From Candidatus Levyibacteriota bacterium (GTDB lineage: Bacteria > Patescibacteriota > Microgenomatia > Levybacterales > UBA12049): a DNA stretch of 64,000 nucleotides. The position numbers and the translations under genes are program-made. This document shows, one piece after another, positions 57,108 to 64,000 of this stretch. Under the pieces are notes generated by a model. The model saw nothing but the letters and a program-made list of their open reading frames with translations. It did not search any database and was not told the DNA's origin. The stretch is from NCBI GenBank assembly GCA_027459745.1, contig DAIDHL010000002.1, forward strand, positions 191,310 through 255,309, in the 5' to 3' direction. Every line of letters starts with the position of its first letter. Position 1 is the first letter of the stretch.

Positions 57108-57638
57108 ATGGATAATAGAAACAATAGACAATTTAATCAAAATAGAAATCGAGATCGTCAAAATAATGCGCCTCGTATAGAAAGTGAGTTTGATGAAAAG
57201 ATAGTACGTATCAGTCGTACCTCTAAGAAAACTCAAGGTGGAAATAAAATTGGTTTTACAGCTTTGGCTGTAGTGGGAGATAAAAAAGGTAAGGTTGGAG
57301 TAGGTCTTGGTAAAGCTCCTGACGTTGCAAATGCCATTCGGAAGGGTATTATCTTGGCCAAAAAACATATGGTTGAAGTTCCTATTGTCAATGGAACAAT
57401 TCCTTTTCGCGTGGATGTTAAAGTTGGTGCAGCTCAGGTCATGTTAAAACCAGCTCCTATAGGAAGTGGAGTTATAGCTGGGGGAGCTATTCGTAGTGTG
57501 GTTTCTGCAGCTGGAATTAAGAATATCTCTTCTAAAGTGATGGGTACAAAAAATCAAGCTAATAACGTAGTCGCCACCTTGGAAGCTTTGAGAATTTTGA
57601 GTGAACGTAGTGCCAAAAAGGCAGCCTTGAAGAAATAA
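57108..57638 (+). CDS. rpsE: 30S ribosomal protein S5
   Basis: R..K...GG, VVGD..G.VG.G.GKA, PA..G.G.IAGG. Confidence 0.98.
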   Translation: MDNRNNRQFNQNRNRDRQNNAPRIESEFDEKIVRISRTSKKTQGGNKIGFTALAVVGDKKGKVGVGLGKAPDVANAIRKGIILAKKHMVEVPIVNGTIPFRVDVKVGAAQVMLKPAPIGSGVIAGGAIRSVVSAAGIKNISSKVMGTKNQANNVVATLEALRILSERSAKKAALKK

Positions 57639-57639
57639 T

Positions 57640-58077
57640 ATGAATATTCATAGTTTACCATCGATTATAAGTAAAAAGAGACGTCGTTTAGGTCAAGGAC
57701 ATGGTTCGGGTAGAGTAAAAACTTCCGGCCGTGGTACAAAGGGACAAAATGCGCGCAGTTCTCGTGGGTTAAAATTTGAAGGAGGAGCATTACCGTTAAC
57801 CAAAAGATTACCATATTTACGTGGTAAAGGACGTAACAAAGCTAACGTTAAGCCGGTTGTAATTAATTTAGCAGATTTAAACAATTTTGCTGCAAAAAGT
57901 ACTGTCACGCTTGACAGTTTAGTAGAAAAAAAACTAATCAGGTTAGACGATGCGCAGGATAGAGGAGTTAAAATTTTAGGAGATGGAGAATTAAAAGTTG
58001 CCTTGACTATTAGTTTACCCATTTCCAAAAAAGCACAAACAAAAGTTGAAAAAGCCGGTGGTACAGTCAGTCTGTAG
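57640..58077 (+). CDS. rplO: 50S ribosomal protein L15
   Basis: R.G.G.GSG..KT.GRG.KGQ, FEGG..PL..RLP, VKILG.G; starts 1 nt after rpsE, leaving no room for rpmD. Confidence 0.97.
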   Translation: MNIHSLPSIISKKRRRLGQGHGSGRVKTSGRGTKGQNARSSRGLKFEGGALPLTKRLPYLRGKGRNKANVKPVVINLADLNNFAAKSTVTLDSLVEKKLIRLDDAQDRGVKILGDGELKVALTISLPISKKAQTKVEKAGGTVSL

Positions 58078-58153
58078 TCTTTGGTCATTTGTCTTTAGTG
58101 AAATAGAATGGTTATTTAGCTAGAGACGAACGACTAAAAAACCAAAGACCAAA
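58075..58153. repeat. Heptamer-armed inverted repeat (rplO-secY junction)
   Basis: TTTGGTC ATTTGTC TTTAGTG ... GACGAAC GACTAAA ... GACCAAA. Confidence 0.7.
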
Positions 58154-58156
58154 TAC

Positions 58157-59449
58157 ATGAACAGTATAACTTCAATTTTTAAAACAGCCTTTAGTACTCC
58201 AGAAATTCGTAATAAAATTCTTTTTACAGCACTGATTTTTTTAGTCTTTCGTATTTTCGCTCATGTTCCTGTGGCAGGTGTTAATGTCGCTCAACTAAAA
58301 AGTCTTTTCGCACAAAATCAGTTTTTAGGTTTATTAGACATTTTTTCTGGAGGGACGTTAGCTAACTTTTCCATCATGGCTTTAGGATTGAATCCTTATA
58401 TCAACGCTTCGATTATTCTACAACTACTAATGATGGTGATGCCCAAACTAGAAGAGTTACAAAAAGAAGGTGAAAGCGGACGTAGAAAAATTAATCAATA
58501 TACTCGTATGCTGACTGTACCATTAGCCGTTTTACAGTCGATTGGTATGTATGCATTACTAAGATCTCAGAGCATTATTATTACTCTTAGTCCTGTGCAA
58601 GTAATTGTATTTATCCTGACGATGACCGCAGGTACCATGTTATTAGTTTGGTTAGGTGAACTAATTACAGAACGTGGAGTGGGGAATGGTATTTCTTTAT
58701 TGATTTTTGCCGGAATTGTAGGCAGATTGCCCATAGCTTTGACCCAGACTGCTTCTACGGCTTCTACACAGTCAGTCGTAAGTTATTTAACCTTTGGCGT
58801 GCTAGGATTAATTGTAGTAATTTCCATTATTATCATCAACGAGGCGACCAGACAAATTACAGTTTATTACGCTCGCCGTTCTAGAGGAAATAATATTGCC
58901 AGCGGCAGCGACACTACTCACCTACCTTTACGGTTGAATCAGGCAGGTGTGATTCCGATTATTTTTGCTGTATCTTTGGTCTTATTGCCTTCAGTGGTCG
59001 GTAATTATTTGCTTACCTCCAAGAATGCGGCTCTGTATGCTATTGGCACTAATTTAACTCAATGGTTTAGTACCACAAGTATTTCATACAATGTTATTTA
59101 TTTTCTACTCGTTTTAGCCTTTACTTTCTTCTATACGGCTGTGGTTTTCAATCCCAAGAAAATTGCAGAAGAAATGCAGAAGGCAGGTGGCTTTATCCCT
59201 GGTGTCCGTCCCGGTAAGCCCACAAGCCAGTATTTGAATTACATTATGACGCGTATTACCTTAGTTGGGGCAGTATTTTTAGGTATCATAGCCGTCTTCC
59301 CTACTGTTGTTAGTTCTGCTACAGGAATTTCAACTTTAACTTTGGGTGGTACTGGTATTTTGATCGTAGTAAGTGTGGTATTAGATACATATAAGTCAAT
59401 TGAGGCTAATCTTGTTATGCGAAATTATGAAGGATTTTTAGAAAGGTAG
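58157..59449 (+). CDS. secY: Preprotein translocase SecY
   Basis: FSGG, LG..PYINASI, GE.GR, GNG.SL.IF.GI, AGVIP.IFA, FIPG.RPG. Confidence 0.98.
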   Translation: MNSITSIFKTAFSTPEIRNKILFTALIFLVFRIFAHVPVAGVNVAQLKSLFAQNQFLGLLDIFSGGTLANFSIMALGLNPYINASIILQLLMMVMPKLEELQKEGESGRRKINQYTRMLTVPLAVLQSIGMYALLRSQSIIITLSPVQVIVFILTMTAGTMLLVWLGELITERGVGNGISLLIFAGIVGRLPIALTQTASTASTQSVVSYLTFGVLGLIVVISIIIINEATRQITVYYARRSRGNNIASGSDTTHLPLRLNQAGVIPIIFAVSLVLLPSVVGNYLLTSKNAALYAIGTNLTQWFSTTSISYNVIYFLLVLAFTFFYTAVVFNPKKIAEEMQKAGGFIPGVRPGKPTSQYLNYIMTRITLVGAVFLGIIAVFPTVVSSATGISTLTLGGTGILIVVSVVLDTYKSIEANLVMRNYEGFLER

Positions 59450-59453
59450 ATCT

Positions 59454-59999
59454 ATGAAAATTATTCTAATTGGTATTCAAGGTGCTGGAAAGTCAACTCA
59501 GGGTAATATGCTCTCTAAAAAGTTTAAAATTCCTTATTTGTCGACTGGACATATTTTTCGTCAAATTTCTAAAGAGCATTCCCCCCTGGGTCGTTATATT
59601 AAAGAAGTGATGAATGCCGGTTACCTTATTCCGGATGACAAAACCTTGGAAATTGTTAGTGAGTATTTGAGTAGGCCAGAATATGAAGAAGGTTATATCC
59701 TAGACGGTTTTCCTCGCACGATTCAACAGGCAGAAAAATTCTCCAATGGTATCACGAAGGCAGTTTATTTGAAAGTGTCTGACAAAGAGGCGTTATGGCG
59801 CTTAGCTGGGCGATCTGTTACAGAAAAAGAGACACGCGATGATGATACATTAAAAGCAATTTTCAAAAGAATTGAGCTTTTTCATAAATTTACTGAGCCG
59901 GTTTTGGCACATTACCGCCATCATCATAAATTAGTGGAAGTAGATGGGGAGAAACCTATTGCGGAAGTATTCCAAGAAATCGTCGAAAAGTTAGCTTAA
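59454..59999 (+). CDS. adk: Adenylate kinase (short-LID type)
   Basis: GIQGAGKSTQ, STG.IFR, G.LIPD, LDGFPR...QA, RDDD. Confidence 0.9.
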   Translation: MKIILIGIQGAGKSTQGNMLSKKFKIPYLSTGHIFRQISKEHSPLGRYIKEVMNAGYLIPDDKTLEIVSEYLSRPEYEEGYILDGFPRTIQQAEKFSNGITKAVYLKVSDKEALWRLAGRSVTEKETRDDDTLKAIFKRIELFHKFTEPVLAHYRHHHKLVEVDGEKPIAEVFQEIVEKLA

Positions 60000-60031
60000 A
60001 TTTTTACTTTATAAAACCTCTTGAGTTTGAT

Positions 60032-60604
60032 ATGCAACAAAACAAAATTTATGTTTTTATTGGACCGGAAGGAGCCGGCAAATCCACTCAAGCTAAATTA
60101 TTAGCAGAAGCTATTAATTTACCTTACGTTTCAACCGGCAAAATGATTCGTATCTTCGCAGACAATGATGTGGGAGAATTAGGAGACGCAGCCAGAGAGA
60201 TGTTTGCAAAGAACAGTTATTTAGAAGCCAAATATTTGAGCAGTATTTTTGTTCAAACCTTAAGCAATAATAAATATCAGCAAGGTGTTGTTCTAGACGG
60301 AAGTTTGCGCACCTTTGAAGAAACTAAGCAATTTGATGATTTATTACAGCGAGCCAATTTGACACTACCTATATTGGTTGTATATATTAATATTCCTGAA
60401 GAGGAGAGTATTAAACGTTTGATACTCCATCGTAAGCGCAATGATGATACAATAGAGGGCATAAAATTGCGGCTAGCACATTTCAACGACCAGTTGTCTG
60501 AGCGCTTACAGATTATAAAAAGTAGATATAAATTATTATCGTTTGATGGAATGATGTCAATTGAAGATGTGCATGAGCAAGTGATGAAGGTAATTTATGA
60601 ATAA
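60032..60604 (+). CDS. Second adenylate-kinase-family NMP kinase (divergent)
   Basis: GPEGAGKSTQ, STG..IR, LDGSLR, RNDD. Confidence 0.85.
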   Translation: MQQNKIYVFIGPEGAGKSTQAKLLAEAINLPYVSTGKMIRIFADNDVGELGDAAREMFAKNSYLEAKYLSSIFVQTLSNNKYQQGVVLDGSLRTFEETKQFDDLLQRANLTLPILVVYINIPEEESIKRLILHRKRNDDTIEGIKLRLAHFNDQLSERLQIIKSRYKLLSFDGMMSIEDVHEQVMKVIYE

Positions 60605-61289
60605 AGGATATATTATTGCGATTGATGGGCCGGTGGCATCCGGCAAGGGAACAATTGCTAAGGGTCTGGCTAGCAGATTAAATGCTTTTTTTCTGACGAC
60701 AGGTATGTTTTATCGTGCAGTTACTTACTATTGCCTACAACATAATATCAGTCTTGAGGATAGTGAGGCTGTAAAGAGAATCTTGCCGGACATAAAAGTA
60801 AGTGTAAGTGGTGATACTACTATATTGAATGGCGAGAATGTCACAGATAAACTTAAACATTCGGAGGTAGATAAGAATGTTACTGTTGTGGCTAACTATC
60901 CTTTTGTAAGAGAATACTTGATTCCTATACAAAGAGCAATTGGGGTTAAAGTTGCACAAGAAAAGATTGTCATTGCTGAGGGTAGAGATATGGCGACCAA
61001 AGTTTTTCCCAATGCCGAGGTTAAAATATATCTTACAGCTGAATTAGAAACTCGTGCAAAGAGAAGGTATATACAGCAAAATTTAGAGACCAATGAAAGC
61101 TTGCAGCAGGTTCTGGAAGAGACCAGAGAAAGGGATGAAAACGATATGTTTGGTGAATTACAATATTTGGTATCTGAGCCGGAAAGATATGGATACACGG
61201 TTATTGATGACACGAATTTGACAGAAGAGCAAACTATTGAGAGAATATTAAGAGTTATTGATGAGGTAAGAGGATATAAGAATTTATGA
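60597..61289 (+). CDS. cmk: Cytidylate kinase
   Basis: IAIDGP.ASGKGT, TG.FYRA, EGRD....VFP.A.VKIYLTA....RA.RR. Confidence 0.93.
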   Translation: MNKGYIIAIDGPVASGKGTIAKGLASRLNAFFLTTGMFYRAVTYYCLQHNISLEDSEAVKRILPDIKVSVSGDTTILNGENVTDKLKHSEVDKNVTVVANYPFVREYLIPIQRAIGVKVAQEKIVIAEGRDMATKVFPNAEVKIYLTAELETRAKRRYIQQNLETNESLQQVLEETRERDENDMFGELQYLVSEPERYGYTVIDDTNLTEEQTIERILRVIDEVRGYKNL

Positions 61290-62059
61290 TTGATATAAAA
61301 ACACCAGAAGAAATTAAGGTCATGCAGCATGGAGGAAAGATTCTCTCGGAGGTGATGTGGGAAGTTTGTAGAGCTGCCAAACCAGGAGTTTCTGAACTAG
61401 AACTAGACGAAATGGCCGAGAAGTTAATACGGCAAAAGGGGGGAGAGCCAGGTTTTATGAAAGTACCAGGTTACCACCATACTATTTGTGCATGTACAAA
61501 CGATGTTGTGGTACATGGTATTCCTACCAATTATCGTCTTAAGGAGGGAGATATTATTGATATTGATATGGGTGTCTTTTATGGAGGTTTTCATACTGAT
61601 ATGTGTGAAACAGTCAAAATCAAAAGTCAAAACGCAAAAATTAAAAACGAAATTCAGATTGATGATTTTTTGGCAGCTGGTAAAAGAGCTCTAAATGCAG
61701 GTATTAAACAAGCGAAGGCTGGCAATCGTATAGGGCATATCTCACAGGTAATTCAGCAAATTGTGGAAAAAGAAAATGACTATTCAGTCGTTCGTAGTCT
61801 AATTGGACATGGGGTAGGTCGTGAATTGCACGAAGAGCCAGAAGTTCCTGGGTATTTGGAAGGCTCCATTGAGAAGACTCAGCTATTGAAGCCAGGCATG
61901 ACAATTGCCATAGAAGTGATTTATAATATGGGAAAACAAGCTGTTGTCTATTTAGGCACAGATGAGTGGACAATAGTAAGTAAAGATGGGTCTTTATCAG
62001 CCGTGTTTGAGCGTAGTGTAGCGATCACAGAGGGTGAACCTTTAATACTTACTCCCTAG
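61286..62059 (+). CDS. map: Methionine aminopeptidase type I
   Basis: N..VVHGIP, D.G, HTD, GHG.G..LHE.P, AIE, S..FE. Confidence 0.96.
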   Translation: MIDIKTPEEIKVMQHGGKILSEVMWEVCRAAKPGVSELELDEMAEKLIRQKGGEPGFMKVPGYHHTICACTNDVVVHGIPTNYRLKEGDIIDIDMGVFYGGFHTDMCETVKIKSQNAKIKNEIQIDDFLAAGKRALNAGIKQAKAGNRIGHISQVIQQIVEKENDYSVVRSLIGHGVGRELHEEPEVPGYLEGSIEKTQLLKPGMTIAIEVIYNMGKQAVVYLGTDEWTIVSKDGSLSAVFERSVAITEGEPLILTP

Positions 62060-62061
62060 CC

Positions 62062-62090
62062 TTGCGCTTGCGTAGTGGGTTTGCTATAAT
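62062..62090 (+). promoter_or_regulatory. Sigma70 promoter for infA and the alpha cluster
   Basis: TTGCGC-17-(TGc)TATAAT. Confidence 0.7.
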
Positions 62091-62097
62091 ATCCTAA

Positions 62098-62205
62098 GTT
62101 CAAATGCAAAATTCAAAAGGCAAAATTGCAAGTCAAAATTAAAAGTTTGCTCGCAGTATTCTAGCGAATTACATTTTGATCTTTGCATTTTGAGTATTGA
62201 ATTTT
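62098..62205. repeat. Heptamer-armed inverted repeat (map-infA junction)
   Basis: GCAAAAT TCAAAAG GCAAAAT ... TCAAAAT ... ATTTTGA TCTTTGC ATTTTGA GTATTGA. Confidence 0.75.
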
Positions 62206-62209
62206 TTTT

Positions 62210-62428
62210 ATGGCTCACCAAGGTTCATTTGAGAAAGATGGAATAGTTCGAGAGTCTCTGCCTAATACATTGTTTAGAGTAGAGTTAGAGGATGGGACGA
62301 TTGTTTTATGCCATTTATCTGGAAAATTACGAATGAATTTTATTAAAATTCTTCCAGGTGATAAAGTCAGAATTGAAATGACGCCATATGATTTAAACAA
62401 AGGACGTATTATATTGCGTTATAGATAG
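62210..62428 (+). CDS. infA: Translation initiation factor IF-1
   Basis: G.V.E.LPN..FRV.L, SGK.R...I.IL.GD.V..E..PYDL.KGRI. Confidence 0.98.
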   Translation: MAHQGSFEKDGIVRESLPNTLFRVELEDGTIVLCHLSGKLRMNFIKILPGDKVRIEMTPYDLNKGRIILRYR

Positions 62429-62440
62429 AGGAGATTAATT

Positions 62441-62554
62441 ATGAAAGTACAAGCTAGTGTAAAAAAACGATGTATGAAATGTAAAATAATTCGACGTAAA
62501 GGTGTGGTTCGGGTGATTTGCTCCACTCCGAAGCATAAACAACGTCAAGGATAA
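62441..62554 (+). CDS. rpmJ: 50S ribosomal protein L36 (not in ORF track)
   Basis: [37 protein letters not shown]; SD GAGGAG. Confidence 0.97.
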   Translation: MKVQASVKKRCMKCKIIRRKGVVRVICSTPKHKQRQG

Positions 62555-62564
62555 TTTATTTAAT

Positions 62565-62972
62565 ATGAGATTTTTAGGGACTAACATACCAGATAACAAA
62601 AGAATTGATATTGCTTTAACCTATCTGTACGGTATAGGTAGAAGTAATGTTAAGAAAGTCTTAACTGCTGCTGGTGTTCAAGATAGTATTAGAGCCAAAA
62701 CATTGTCCGAAGATGACATTAAGAAGTTAACTAATGTTCTGGAAAGTTACAAGCTTGAGGGTGATTTAAGAGCAGAAGTAAGTGGGAATATTAGAACTTT
62801 ACGTGATATTGGTGCTTATCGTGGTATGCGTCATGCTAGAAACTTACCGGCACGGGGGCAAAGGACTCGATCCAATGCTAGAACTAAGCGTGGTAAAAGA
62901 ATGACTATTGGTGCAATTAAAAAAGAAGTAGCAGCAAAGATAGAAGCAGCTGCTACAGCTAAAACAAAATAA
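62565..62972 (+). CDS. rpsM: 30S ribosomal protein S13
   Basis: ALT..YGIG, EGDLR, YRG.RH...LP.RGQRT..NART. Confidence 0.98.
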   Translation: MRFLGTNIPDNKRIDIALTYLYGIGRSNVKKVLTAAGVQDSIRAKTLSEDDIKKLTNVLESYKLEGDLRAEVSGNIRTLRDIGAYRGMRHARNLPARGQRTRSNARTKRGKRMTIGAIKKEVAAKIEAAATAKTK

Positions 62973-63001
62973 CTAAGAATATAAATCTATAATTTAAGGA
63001 T

Positions 63002-63406
63002 ATGGCAACTAAAAAAACGACAAAATTAACAACAAGCAAAAAGAACACAGTTGATACTGTGTCTAAACATGGCAGATTGTTTGTAACAGCTACCTTTAAT
63101 AATACTCTAGTTACCATAACAGATGATAGAGGTAATGCTATATCTTGGAGTTCAGCTGGTAATGCGGGTTTTCGTGGAACACGCAAATCTACTCCTTTTG
63201 CTGCTTCAACAGCCGTCGAGATTGCTGCCAAAAAGGCGGTCGAGAGAGGTATGGAAACGGTTGATGTCTTTGTAAAAGGCCCTGGATCAGGTAGAGATTC
63301 ATCCTTAAGAGCGGTAAAAGCAGCAGGTTTATCAATTAATTCGATTGCGGATATTACACCAATTCCGCATAATGGACCACGTCCACCTGTTCGTCGACGT
63401 GTTTAA
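63002..63406 (+). CDS. rpsK: 30S ribosomal protein S11
   Basis: [33 protein letters not shown]. Confidence 0.98.
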   Translation: MATKKTTKLTTSKKNTVDTVSKHGRLFVTATFNNTLVTITDDRGNAISWSSAGNAGFRGTRKSTPFAASTAVEIAAKKAVERGMETVDVFVKGPGSGRDSSLRAVKAAGLSINSIADITPIPHNGPRPPVRRRV

Positions 63407-63417
63407 TATTTAATCAT

Positions 63418-64000
63418 ATGGCAAGATATACTGGACCAAAACATAAGTTAGCAAGAAGAGAAGGTATAAATGTATTGGATAAAACTTCCAATAGTTTACT
63501 TCGACGTTTATCTGTTCCGCCAGGCGTACATGGAAAAAAACGTAAGAAAAAAATGTCTGAGTATGGTTTACAGATGCGAGAAAAACAAAAAGCCAAGGCT
63601 ATTTATGGACTTTTAGAAAAGCAATTTAAAGGCTTGGTTGACAGAGTATCTACCCAAACAGGCGATACTGGTGAATTATTACTCTCTTTATTGGAAACCA
63701 GATTAGATAATGTAGTTTATCGTTTAGGATTTTCCTCCAGTCGTTTTATGTCTCGTCAATTAGTTTCGCATGGACATATCTTAGTTAATGGTAAAAAAAT
63801 GTCTATTCCTTCTTATCAAGTTAAGGTTGATGAAGTAGTCAGTTTAAGTCCAAAGTTGCAAAAAAATTCACAAATTGCTAAACTATTAGAGGACACTCCC
63901 AATATCTTGCCGTTTTTGGAGCGACAAGCAACCACTGGCAAATTATTACGCATGCCAAAAGGAGCAGATATTGAAGTGCCATTCAATACTCAACAGATTA
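63418..64000 (+). CDS. rpsD: 30S ribosomal protein S4 (3'-truncated by the window edge)
   Basis: Manual translation MARYTGPKHKLARREG...SEYGLQMREKQKAK...LETRLDNVVYRLG. Confidence 0.97.
   Translation, partial: MARYTGPKHKLARREGINVLDKTSNSLLRRLSVPPGVHGKKRKKKMSEYGLQMREKQKAKAIYGLLEKQFKGLVDRVSTQTGDTGELLLSLLETRLDNVVYRLGFSSSRFMSRQLVSHGHILVNGKKMSIPSYQVKVDEVVSLSPKLQKNSQIAKLLEDTPNILPFLERQATTGKLLRMPKGADIEVPFNTQQI

Noticed and set aside
57638-57640. Absence of rpmD (L30)
   Set aside because: A known CPR trait; used as a taxonomic clue, not as a novelty
1240-63596. Many short antisense or off-frame ORFs in the track (e.g. 7258-7782, 27102-27326, 41234-41428, 57693-58088, 60896-61330)
   Set aside because: They overlap confidently identified genes and read as shadow frames without motifs or starts of their own
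1-64000. rRNA, tRNA, CRISPR, prophage, transposase, intron/intein or genetic code 25
   Set aside because: None recognised; core genes have near-normal lengths and TGA ends genes such as clpB and rplF. A covariance-model search could still find divergent RNAs

Overview
AT-rich bacterial chromosome segment read with the standard code (TGA = stop). It is most likely a Patescibacteria/CPR genome of Microgenomates type: rpmD/L30 is missing between rpsE and rplO, the envelope genes are monoderm-like (FemX, LCP, sorting-signal protein), and metabolism is sparse. The left part holds signalling, stress and DNA-repair genes (GAF histidine kinase, family-4 UDG, LexA-like repressor with MazG, N-domain-less ClpB, RNase HI, PcrA). 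Next comes a surface-glycosylation cluster (DUF2298, three GT-C/ArnT-like transferases, epimerase, FAD oxidoreductase, HAD, LCP) and a pilN-pilO operon. fusA, tuf and rpsJ are separated by blocks of unrelated genes, followed by the S10-spc-alpha ribosomal protein cluster, which is cut off within rpsD. Best candidates for something new: (1) a four-gene lipid salvage/head-group module between fusA and tuf (PIP/AIP-synthase-type CDP-alcohol transferase, PHP phosphoesterase, DAG-kinase family, archaeal-type CarS); (2) a family of hairpins with 7-nt-periodic arms in ribosomal operon junctions, with single arms also inserted in frame in proteins; (3) a second family of GTCAT..ATGAC palindromic elements; (4) widespread apparently leaderless genes and several readable operators. 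No rRNA, tRNA, CRISPR array or transposase was recognised. All calls come from reading motifs by eye; no database searches were run.
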